IMG/VR virus record: IMGVR_UViG_3300045988_173503
Span: 1-35,338 of that record
Source of the DNA: a virus
DNA: 35,338 bases
Strand: one strand, 5' to 3'
The position numbers and the translations under genes are program-made. A model generated the notes under the pieces. The model saw nothing but the letters and a program-made list of their open reading frames with translations. It did not search any database and was not told the DNA's origin. Below, in pieces: positions 22,821 through 30,896 of this stretch (positions are counted from its first letter, which is position 1; every line of letters starts with the position of its first letter).

Positions 22821-24413
22821 GTGGCAAGCAACGTAATAGCCGCGATACTGAATCTGCAAGACAAAATGTCGCCGAAACTCATACAGTGCGGCAAGAACTG
22901 GCAGAACCTCTCCAAAGAGGAACAGAGAGCCGCGCAGGCTTCACTATCCACTGTAAACAAGTGGTGCAAAGGCGTTGATAAAGCAATAGACCGCGCCGCG
23001 AAATGGGGTGCGGCTGTGCTCGCCGCCGGAGTCGTCGCGGGAACGAAAACCGGTCTGTCGCTCAGCTTTGACCTTGAGACATATCATTCCCAGCTAGAAA
23101 CCGCGACAAAAGACACAAAGCGAGCCGGTGAGGTGATGGCATACGCGATAAACCTCGCCAACAAAACGCCTTTCGAGGGCGGAGAAATGGCGAAGGCTTC
23201 GGCGGCGCTCGAGATGGCGAAGCTGAAGACCGAAGACTATCTCACAACGCTCGGTGATACCGCCGCGGGCTCGAACCGGAAGATAAACGAGGTTCAAACA
23301 CAGTTTATCAAAGCGTTTTCGACAGGTCAGTACGGAGAGTTCCTTGACACGATCAATGTGTCGAGACAGACCTTCAAGGACTTTGTAAGGGAAAACGGGC
23401 TCGCGACAAACTCGATTGAAAACACACAGATCGCTCTTAAGAAATTCCTCGACGAGAAATTCGGCGGAGGAATGGAAAAGCTCGCGTCTACCACAAAAGG
23501 CGCGTGGTCAACGATCACCGGTTCCGTCAAGCTCTCGCTCGCACGTATCGTCGGCATGGGCGTCGACGGGACTGTGCGTGTCGGGTCGCTGCTCGACCGC
23601 ATCAACGGCAAAGCGAACTCAATCGCGAATCAGCTCGTCGAGTGGAGCGAGGACGGAACTGTCGACAAACTCGCCGACAAAGCCGGTAAATTGTTTGAGA
23701 CATTATGGTCGCTCGGAGAAGGCACATATAAGTTCTTCAGTGAAAACAGCTGGGCGAGGTGGTCCGCGGCTGCCGTTGTCGGCATCGTCGTTGTCGGAAA
23801 AGTGCTTCTCGGGCTTCTCTCGACGATAGCGACGACTATAAAGAATGTCCAGACGCTGAAGACCGCACTGTCGGGGCTCGCGAAATCATTCGGGTTCGGC
23901 AAGGCGGCAAGTGCGGCAGCCGCAGCATCAGGTGCCGCGGCGACCGGAGCGGCAAGCGCGGCAGGGGCAGCAGGTGCAGCCGGAGCGGCAGGCGCCGAAG
24001 CGGGTGCTCTGGTAAGGTCAGCCGGTCCGAAAATTGATATGGCACAGCTGTTTGGTCAGAGCAAAGTATCCACAATGGGAATGGCAGGAACTAAAGCCAA
24101 CATAGGCTCTGTCGGATTTGCATGGAAAGCCGGGCAATTGACCGGCAAATGGATTGATGAGGGCACATCGAAAGGAATAACGGATTTTGAGGAACGTCTG
24201 CTTTCACAGCGCAGGCGCGTTCGCCGGAACCCGTTCGACACATCAAAAAACTACGCAGATCAGTTCCGCCAAGGTTCAGCCGCGCTCGGAATACAGAAAG
24301 AACGCGCTCAGAACATCATCAACGTGACGGTGAACGGAGCCGAACAATCTGACGACGAGCTCGCGGAAAAGGTCGCGAGACGGATAGTGGAGGAGATAGA
24401 TAACTCATGGTAA
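22821..24413 (+). CDS. Tail tape measure protein
   Basis: 530 aa, GTG start. Helical N-terminal part, a hydrophobic stretch, an Ala/Gly-rich tract (AASAAAAASGAAATGAASAAGAAGAAGAAGAEAGA), and canonical position. Confidence 0.8.
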   Translation: MASNVIAAILNLQDKMSPKLIQCGKNWQNLSKEEQRAAQASLSTVNKWCKGVDKAIDRAAKWGAAVLAAGVVAGTKTGLSLSFDLETYHSQLETATKDTKRAGEVMAYAINLANKTPFEGGEMAKASAALEMAKLKTEDYLTTLGDTAAGSNRKINEVQTQFIKAFSTGQYGEFLDTINVSRQTFKDFVRENGLATNSIENTQIALKKFLDEKFGGGMEKLASTTKGAWSTITGSVKLSLARIVGMGVDGTVRVGSLLDRINGKANSIANQLVEWSEDGTVDKLADKAGKLFETLWSLGEGTYKFFSENSWARWSAAAVVGIVVVGKVLLGLLSTIATTIKNVQTLKTALSGLAKSFGFGKAASAAAAASGAAATGAASAAGAAGAAGAAGAEAGALVRSAGPKIDMAQLFGQSKVSTMGMAGTKANIGSVGFAWKAGQLTGKWIDEGTSKGITDFEERLLSQRRRVRRNPFDTSKNYADQFRQGSAALGIQKERAQNIINVTVNGAEQSDDELAEKVARRIVEEIDNSW

Positions 24414-24805
24414 AAGTTTATCTTTGCTCTGCCGATATGAGCTATTCCCTGCTGCTGCCGATCACACCCTCCGAAATCACCATTTCGGAGGGGACAGACG
24501 TCCGGAAGTATGAAACCGCGAACGCAGGGTACATATCGGACATCGGCTACAACACACTCACTGAAGTATCGTTTTCCAGCTTCTTCCCATCGTCACACCT
24601 TCCTCTGTCAAACGGCGACACGGCATTCGGCATCGGGTATATACCGCTCCTGAAGAGATTTCGCGACGGGAGAGAACAATGTCGTCTCATCATCACCGGA
24701 ATGGGCTTCGACAAGACAATGATCATGGATACTTTCGAGTACTCCATGCGGCAGGGCGGAAACGTGTATTACAATATGCGGTTCACTCAGAAACGTGAGG
24801 TGTGA
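24407..24805 (+). CDS. Tail/baseplate protein at the XkdP position (no LysM recognised)
   Basis: 132 aa, between the tape measure and the XkdQ-like hub. The call is positional. Confidence 0.45.
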   Translation: MVKVYLCSADMSYSLLLPITPSEITISEGTDVRKYETANAGYISDIGYNTLTEVSFSSFFPSSHLPLSNGDTAFGIGYIPLLKRFRDGREQCRLIITGMGFDKTMIMDTFEYSMRQGGNVYYNMRFTQKREV

Positions 24806-24806
24806 T

Positions 24807-26345
24807 ATGCTCAACTTTGTGATCGGCGGCAAGCAGTACTATCCTCTTGACGTAACATATGACAAATCCATGTCTCAGCTCGGAGCCAAGGTGAAGGCTT
24901 CATTCCCGCTCTCTGATAAGGGCGAGAATATTACGGTTGAACTCGGAGATCTCGTCAAAGTCTATGAGGACTGGCATCAATATTTCTGGGGAAACGTGAC
25001 GAGCGTTGAACGTACTGACAGACTTCTCACGCTCACCGCTTATGACACCTGTTATTATCTGAACCGGTCGCAGAAAATCATGCAGTTCACCGGAATGACA
25101 GTGAGTGAGGCGCTCGCGGCGCTTTTCAAGGAATGCGGACTTTTCAATCATCACTGTCCGGATATGCCGACGCTGATCGATACTGTCTGTTATATCCAGT
25201 CTCCGGCGCAGATAGCGAAGAAGCTGATACAGGCGGAAATCGACGCGAACGGAGGAGAATATTACCTCGACAGTTCATCTTTCAACTCGGTCGATATTTA
25301 CCGTGTAGGAGAATTATCCTGCGATGCGTCTCTCACGGCGATAATCTCTCCGACAAAAGAAGAATCTATCGACGATATGCGCAACCGCGTATCTCTTATC
25401 GTAAGCGACGGAACGGGTTACAGCGTGACCGAGACCGCGTCCGACGAAAGAAGCATAACAAAGTACGGACTGCTTCACGAGTATGTGAAGGTATCATCCG
25501 ACGCGTCCGGCGCTGTCGCCACGGCTCAGAACCGGCTCAAGTCACTCAGCCGGATTCTCGCCGACGGAACGATAACCGTAAAGGGCAACTGGGCACTGAC
25601 CGCAGTCGGAAAACGGATAAAGATCACGGAGCCGATTTCCAGTCTGACTGGAGAATACGTGATAACCTCGGTGTCGCACAAACTCGGCGACGATTTCAAA
25701 ACAACACTGAGTTTACAGGAATACAAAGAAGCCTCGGCGTTCAAACCGACGATAGAGACGGCGGCAACATCAGATATGGACGCCATAAAAGAATCGCGAG
25801 AGGGTCTGCCACTCAGCAACAAGCTCGTTCTGCCATATCAGTCATGCCGTTGCAGGCTGACAAGCCGGTATGGATACAGAACACATCCCGTGACCGGGCA
25901 GAAGAACAGTTTTCACGGCGGTGTCGATCTCGTCGGAATCACGACCGGTTCCGGAAACGGAAATATGATTGTCGCCGTAAAAAGCGGTGTCGTCATCCGC
26001 TCGCAGATCGTCACCGACAAGAACAACGTCACGTGGCAGTGGGGCAACTACATAGCCGTCCTCGGTGATGATGGAGCAACCATATACTACTGTCACCTCG
26101 CGAAACGAATGCTCCGTGAGGGACAGCGGGTACGGATCGGAGACCAGATCGGCATCGAGGGCGCGACCGGACAGGTTACCGGTCAACACCTGCATTTCGA
26201 GGTGCGCCGGGGAAGCGAGCGCGTGAACGCGGCTGATTATCTCGGCATACCGAATGAACCAGGAACATACACCGGAATCAATTCCGAAGAGGTTAAAAAC
26301 ACAGCCGCGAACAGAATCATTGAAAGGATGAGGAATATTGACTGA
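24807..26345 (+). CDS. Baseplate hub protein (XkdQ/gpD-like) fused to a C-terminal M23 (LytM) peptidase
   Basis: ATG after GAGGTG. The N-terminal ~330 aa are XkdQ-like (...LTLTAYDTCYYLNRSQKIMQFTGMTVSEALAALFKECGL). The C-terminus carries M23 motifs HGGVDL and HLHFEV. Confidence 0.75.
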   Translation: MLNFVIGGKQYYPLDVTYDKSMSQLGAKVKASFPLSDKGENITVELGDLVKVYEDWHQYFWGNVTSVERTDRLLTLTAYDTCYYLNRSQKIMQFTGMTVSEALAALFKECGLFNHHCPDMPTLIDTVCYIQSPAQIAKKLIQAEIDANGGEYYLDSSSFNSVDIYRVGELSCDASLTAIISPTKEESIDDMRNRVSLIVSDGTGYSVTETASDERSITKYGLLHEYVKVSSDASGAVATAQNRLKSLSRILADGTITVKGNWALTAVGKRIKITEPISSLTGEYVITSVSHKLGDDFKTTLSLQEYKEASAFKPTIETAATSDMDAIKESREGLPLSNKLVLPYQSCRCRLTSRYGYRTHPVTGQKNSFHGGVDLVGITTGSGNGNMIVAVKSGVVIRSQIVTDKNNVTWQWGNYIAVLGDDGATIYYCHLAKRMLREGQRVRIGDQIGIEGATGQVTGQHLHFEVRRGSERVNAADYLGIPNEPGTYTGINSEEVKNTAANRIIERMRNID

Positions 26346-26580
26346 TATTCAAAGGCTCGCAAAACATTTTTCAAGGGATTCTCCCTCGATTGGTATCACA
26401 ACCGGTACAGTAATTGAGGTCTCACCACTGAAGGTTCGGCTTGCCGCGAACATAATCGCGGCATACCCGAATCTGTATTATATCGCCGGGATGACATTCA
26501 ATGCCGGTGATCACGTAGTAGTAGACGTGTCGGAAGATAATCAGCGTTATTATATTCTTGGCAAGGTGGTAAAGGCATGA
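26338..26580 (+). CDS. Small baseplate/spike protein (XkdR-like, DUF2577-like)
   Basis: 80 aa, TTG start. Pattern GTVIEVSPLKVRL...GDHVVVDVSEDNQRYYILGKV is typical of the small OB-fold protein after the hub. Confidence 0.55.
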   Translation: MTDIQRLAKHFSRDSPSIGITTGTVIEVSPLKVRLAANIIAAYPNLYYIAGMTFNAGDHVVVDVSEDNQRYYILGKVVKA

Positions 26581-26951
26581 GCGAGTTCGAATTTGATTTT
26601 GTCAAAGGCGATTTTACGATTGTTGACGGGAAGGCGCGAAAAATATCCGGCGTTGAGATGCTCAAAAACAAAATTGAGAAGCTCCTGCGGACAGAATTCG
26701 AAAAGTACCCTGTCTATGATCAATACGGTATGCCCTTTTACGGCTGGTTTGCCGGACAGCGTGATCGTGATCTTATAAAGATAGCGATGACACGTGAGAT
26801 AACGGAACGTGTTCCGGAATATATCGAGGGCGTCAGGCAGGTATTTGATTTCAACTTTGAGTTTGAACACAGAGGGTGTCGGGTGAGCTTCAAGGTTAAA
26901 ACGGATTATTCTGATAACGAGGAGATGATCAGTCAGTGGATAGCATTTTAG
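26577..26951 (+). CDS. Baseplate wedge protein (XkdS-like, DUF2634/gp25-like)
   Basis: 124 aa. The N-terminus FEFDFVKGDFTIVDGKARKISGVEMLKNKIEKLLRTE is typical for this family. Confidence 0.6.
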   Translation: MSEFEFDFVKGDFTIVDGKARKISGVEMLKNKIEKLLRTEFEKYPVYDQYGMPFYGWFAGQRDRDLIKIAMTREITERVPEYIEGVRQVFDFNFEFEHRGCRVSFKVKTDYSDNEEMISQWIAF

Positions 26952-27979
26952 CGGCAATGCTCGAGCGCGTGCCGGACACCTACGATAAGAGTGAGGGAAG
27001 TATATTCTGGGACACGCTCGCGCCCGTCGCGCCAGAGATAACGAGGCTCGCGGAGGCGGCTGCCGGAATACTCGACCGCAGGCTTATTGATACGGCGACC
27101 GGAGACGACCTCGACGCGGCGGTCAAGGAAGTCGGCGTCACGCGTAAAGAAGCACAATACGCCGAAGGCAGCGTGACATTCACCGGTACTGCGAACACAG
27201 TCATTTCCGCCGGTGCGCTTGTGGCATCCGAAGCCGCACAGTTCTACACTCGCGAGGATTGCACTATCGGCTCGTCAGGAACAGTAGATGTACAGGTGGT
27301 ATGCACGACGCCAGGAGAGATCGGAAATGTCGCTGTCGGAGCAATCAACCGTCTGCCCGTTACGCTCTCAGGTGTGACAAGCGTTACGAACGCTGGGGCA
27401 ACATCGGGCGGCACCGAGAGAGAGACTGACGACGAGCTGAGAGAACGCACATATCTTAAAATCAGATCTCCCGGAACATCAGGCAATCAGCATGACTATG
27501 TGAACTGGGCTTTATCGGTCGACGGCGTCGGCGGAGCCAAATGTATACCGCTCTGGAACGGCGCGGGAACCGTTAAGGTCGTTATAACAAACGCGTCAGG
27601 AGAGACCGCTCCGACGTCCCTTGTCACAGCCACAAAGACATATATCGAGACGGTGAGACCGGTCGGGGCGTCAGTGACAGTCGTGAGCGCGACCGCGAAG
27701 ACGATCAATGTGAAAGCGAAGATCACACTCAAATCCGGATATACCATAACAAACGTCAAGGCGGCTATAGTCGCGGCGATAACTGATTATCTGAGAAACT
27801 TCCGTCTCTCCGGGACAGCGGTCTCATACGCGCGTATCGGCGCTATCATACTCGGTGTAGATGGTGTGGACGATTACAGCGACCTACGGGCAGGGACAGG
27901 GACGACATGGGGAACGTCAAACATTGCTATTGCAACCGATGAAGTGCCTGTTATGGGGGATTTCACGAATGTCACATAA
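26936..27979 (+). CDS. Baseplate J-like protein (XkdT-like)
   Basis: 347 aa, GTG start. N-terminus ...PDTYDKSEGSIFWDTLAPVAPEI and overall size and position match baseplate J/gp47-family proteins. Confidence 0.75.
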   Translation: MDSILAAMLERVPDTYDKSEGSIFWDTLAPVAPEITRLAEAAAGILDRRLIDTATGDDLDAAVKEVGVTRKEAQYAEGSVTFTGTANTVISAGALVASEAAQFYTREDCTIGSSGTVDVQVVCTTPGEIGNVAVGAINRLPVTLSGVTSVTNAGATSGGTERETDDELRERTYLKIRSPGTSGNQHDYVNWALSVDGVGGAKCIPLWNGAGTVKVVITNASGETAPTSLVTATKTYIETVRPVGASVTVVSATAKTINVKAKITLKSGYTITNVKAAIVAAITDYLRNFRLSGTAVSYARIGAIILGVDGVDDYSDLRAGTGTTWGTSNIAIATDEVPVMGDFTNVT

Positions 27980-28517
27980 TTACGAGCTGATAAATAATCT
28001 GCCGAAATACTATCGCGGAAGCTATGTTATGCGGCTGATACTGCAAGCTGACGAGGCTGCTGTCGGCGCCGCGGAAGATGACATTAATGACGTGGACAAG
28101 CAATGCCTCATAGCTACAGCGACCGACGCTATATCCAGATGGGAAAACATATTCGGCATTCCGAACAGTGAGGATTCGATCGACCGCCGCCGTGAAAGGC
28201 TTCTCGCGAAGAAACGCGGAGGCGGGACCGGAACAATAGAGCATCTCAAAAATGTCCTGTCGTCATTCTCGAACGGAGATGTCGAGATAACCGAAAAGAT
28301 ATCCGAATACGCAATTGAGATCGAGTTCGTAGGTGTGAGAGGAGTGCCGCCGTATATGGATGACGTCCGGGCGGCAATAGAAGAGATCATCCCGGCACAT
28401 ATCGAGTACAGCATTAAGGTGATCTATAACACATGGTCGGATATCGCCGAGAAGAACCTCAAATGGTCAGACATTGCCGGAAAGACATGGAAACAGCTTG
28501 CGGAAGGAGCGCTATAA
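27969..28517 (+). CDS. Baseplate protein (XkdU-like, DUF2313-like)
   Basis: Internal ATG of track ORF 27861..28517. Pattern LPKYYRGS...ISRWENIFGIP...RRERLLAKKRGGGTGT...IIPAHIEY. Confidence 0.65.
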   Translation: MSHNYELINNLPKYYRGSYVMRLILQADEAAVGAAEDDINDVDKQCLIATATDAISRWENIFGIPNSEDSIDRRRERLLAKKRGGGTGTIEHLKNVLSSFSNGDVEITEKISEYAIEIEFVGVRGVPPYMDDVRAAIEEIIPAHIEYSIKVIYNTWSDIAEKNLKWSDIAGKTWKQLAEGAL

Positions 28518-28985
28518 ATGCCACAGACCACAACTAATTACGGTTTCAAAAAACCGCTGTCAAACGAGTACGTAAAGCCGGATGATTTCAATGATAACTG
28601 GGATAAGCTGGATGGGAAGTTAAAGGACATCGATGATCGAGCTCCGGACGCGACAACACTCGCGGGAATAGTACCGATAACATCAGGCGGGACAGGCTCA
28701 ACGACAGCGTCAGGCGCACGGTTGCAGCTCGGCGCGGAGGGCAAGCATACCAAGAAGACAGCGACGCTGTCCGCTTCGGGTTGGTCAAACGGAACTCAGA
28801 CGGTCACCGTTTCCGGCGTTACGTCGTCGAACACAATCCTCGTCGCGCCGACAGCGGCCTCACAGGAAGTCTGGGGCAAGGCAGGAATAGTCTGCACGGC
28901 ACAGTCGGCGGGGAAGCTAACATTTACCTGCAAGAGCGTACCGTCGGCGGCGGTCACGGCTAATATTGTTATTTTGGGAGGATAA
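28518..28985 (+). CDS. Short tail fibre protein (155 aa)
   Basis: The N-terminus TTNYGFKKPLSNEYVKPDDFNDNWDKLDGKLKDID is the conserved fibre N-terminal motif seen in many Firmicutes phages. Confidence 0.6.
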   Translation: MPQTTTNYGFKKPLSNEYVKPDDFNDNWDKLDGKLKDIDDRAPDATTLAGIVPITSGGTGSTTASGARLQLGAEGKHTKKTATLSASGWSNGTQTVTVSGVTSSNTILVAPTAASQEVWGKAGIVCTAQSAGKLTFTCKSVPSAAVTANIVILGG

Positions 28986-28989
28986 AGGT

Positions 28990-29856
28990 ATGATCATCAA
29001 TCAGTTTGGAGGCAGCGCTGCCGAAAAGGTACTAAAGACGGAAATATTCACCACGTCCGGAAACTGGACCTGTCCGGCTGGAGTCGAGAAGATATTCGTG
29101 CGGCTATTTGGGGGAGGTGCTGGGGGAAGCAAAACAGGCGGCGGCGGTGGTGGCTATATGGCTTATGCAGAGTTGAATGTCACTCCAGGATCAACATACC
29201 CAATAACGATTGGTACAGGCGGCAGTGGTGCAGCTCAATCTCAAAGCGCTGGTAACGGCGGAATAACCTCATTTGGAACACTTTTGTCCGCGAATGGTGG
29301 CGAAGCTCCGACTATAGATCACGGTGGCAATGGTGGGGCTGGTGGAGCTGGTGGTTATGATTGTACCGGCGGAACTGGCGGTCAGTTCGGAGGTGGCGGC
29401 GCAGGACCTCACGGAATTGGTGGTGCTGGTGGCGCGGACGGCGGCGCAGGTGCGAACGGTAATTCAACAAGCCAAAGTGGCAACAACAGCTCATCAGGTG
29501 GAAAAGGTGGAAAATCATCATATAACAGCGATGGTGGTGGCTATTATGGAGGCGGAGGGGCAGGTTACCAGGCAGACGGGGGAGACGCCGATTATATGAC
29601 GGGTGCAAGCGCCGAATATTTTAGGGCCGACTATGGTGCAGGAGGCGGTGGCGGTTACGGACCATCGGGTCACGGTGGGAACGGAGGTGGCGGAGGTGGT
29701 GCCTACGGTCCAGGAGGAGATGGAAACAGAGATGGACTTCTGGGCGGTGGGGGCGGTCAGGGCGGCTATAGTGCATACTACTCAGGCCCGGCACGAAGCG
29801 GGAATGGCGGTTCCGGCATAGCTATCATCCAGTACTACATCGAAAAATCTGCATAA
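28990..29856 (+). CDS. Glycine-rich fibre-associated protein (288 aa)
   Basis: ATG after GGAGGATAAAGGT. After about 35 aa the protein is dominated by GGxGG repeats. Alternative-frame ORFs in this region are artefacts of the repeats. Confidence 0.6.
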   Translation: MIINQFGGSAAEKVLKTEIFTTSGNWTCPAGVEKIFVRLFGGGAGGSKTGGGGGGYMAYAELNVTPGSTYPITIGTGGSGAAQSQSAGNGGITSFGTLLSANGGEAPTIDHGGNGGAGGAGGYDCTGGTGGQFGGGGAGPHGIGGAGGADGGAGANGNSTSQSGNNSSSGGKGGKSSYNSDGGGYYGGGGAGYQADGGDADYMTGASAEYFRADYGAGGGGGYGPSGHGGNGGGGGGAYGPGGDGNRDGLLGGGGGQGGYSAYYSGPARSGNGGSGIAIIQYYIEKSA

Positions 29857-29872
29857 TTAAGGAGACAACACA

Positions 29873-30202
29873 ATGAAAATATTCCAGATTGTAAGCAACG
29901 TATGTTACTGGGACGCGACAGCAGTTCATCCGACCATTGACAGCACTATAGGCAAGTACCCGCCGGACATCATCTTTGTCGAGACACCTGACTATGTCTT
30001 CGAGAACTGGGGCTATGACTCGAACAAAACCGGCGACGCACGCTTTATCAAGCCAACCGCTCCGGATGGCTGGTACTACGACGATGAAACCGGAAGTTTC
30101 AAGCCGATCAACCCGCCCGAACCGAAGCCCAAGCCCGACACGGCCGCGAGCGTCCTCGCGGAAGCGACGGCGGCATATGAGGAAGGAGTAAACGAGGCAT
30201 GA
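29873..30202 (+). CDS. Hypothetical protein, possibly a fibre assembly factor (XkdW-position)
   Basis: AAGGAGA RBS. Motif FIKPTAPDGWYYDDETGSFKP is common in fibre-associated small proteins. The call is positional. Confidence 0.35.
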   Translation: MKIFQIVSNVCYWDATAVHPTIDSTIGKYPPDIIFVETPDYVFENWGYDSNKTGDARFIKPTAPDGWYYDDETGSFKPINPPEPKPKPDTAASVLAEATAAYEEGVNEA

Positions 30203-30666
30203 CAAAAGCAGAAATCCTCACCCTAATGAAGGAAAAGGGCAAGTCCGACGCGCTCGATCTGCGGTCCCGCGCGAAGGACCTCGACGGCACGGCGATCATT
30301 GCCGAGGAATCGAAAATTCCGCAGTTCGACCCCGAAAAGGACTATAGCAGCTGGGCGGTCGGCTCTCCGGTATATGAAATTGTAGACGGCGAGCGGCAGG
30401 TCTTCGGACTCATACAGCCACACAACGCCTCGTATTACCCCGGCAGTACACCATCAAACACCCGCGCACTCTGGTCGCTGAAGCATACCAAGGACGCCGC
30501 AAAGGCGAAGCCGTGGGTCGCGCCGCTCGGAACATCCGGAATGTACATGAAAGACGAAGTCTGCAAGCATACAGATAAAGTCTGGCGATCAAAGCAGGAC
30601 AATAACCCCTACGAACCCGGCGTGACCGGAACCGACAACTTTTGGGAGGCGGTGATGATCTCATGA
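30199..30666 (+). CDS. Hypothetical protein with two aromatic repeat units (possible carbohydrate-binding, CBM5/12-like)
   Basis: Two similar segments (WAVGSPVYEIVDGERQVF... and WVAPLGTSGMYMKDEVCKHTDKVWRSKQDNNPYEPG...FWEAV). The assignment is weak. Confidence 0.3.
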   Translation: MTKAEILTLMKEKGKSDALDLRSRAKDLDGTAIIAEESKIPQFDPEKDYSSWAVGSPVYEIVDGERQVFGLIQPHNASYYPGSTPSNTRALWSLKHTKDAAKAKPWVAPLGTSGMYMKDEVCKHTDKVWRSKQDNNPYEPGVTGTDNFWEAVMIS

Positions 30667-30896
30667 CGTGGGAAATAATGTCGGCGCTGATCGTGATCGT
30701 CGGCTGTCTGATAACGCTCGGCGGCGTACTGGTCAAGCTCGTCCGGACGCTGACAAGGCTCGACGACACGATGGCGCAGCTCAGAGTTGACCTCAACCGT
30801 CAGCACGACGAGAATCACGAGAGCCACAAAAGGATCTACGACCGGCTCGATAATCACGAGCAGCGGATATGCGAACTGGAAAGGAAAGACCAATGA
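30663..30896 (+). CDS. Small single-pass membrane protein with a C-terminal coiled coil (77 aa)
   Basis: ATG overlapping the upstream TGA. TM helix IMSALIVIVGCLITLGGVLVKLV followed by a heptad-rich acidic tail. Loosely XhlA-like in composition, but with the TM helix N-terminal. Confidence 0.5.
   Translation: MTWEIMSALIVIVGCLITLGGVLVKLVRTLTRLDDTMAQLRVDLNRQHDENHESHKRIYDRLDNHEQRICELERKDQ

Noticed and set aside
25133-26068. 311-aa plus-strand ORF in an alternative frame of the hub gene
   Set aside because: The translation is extremely Arg-rich, has no RBS, and lies wholly inside the well-supported XkdQ-M23 gene.
29312-29821. Several ORFs on both strands inside the glycine-rich gene
   Set aside because: They are by-products of the GGN repeat DNA being open in several frames. 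Only the frame with an RBS and a normal N-terminal domain is credible.
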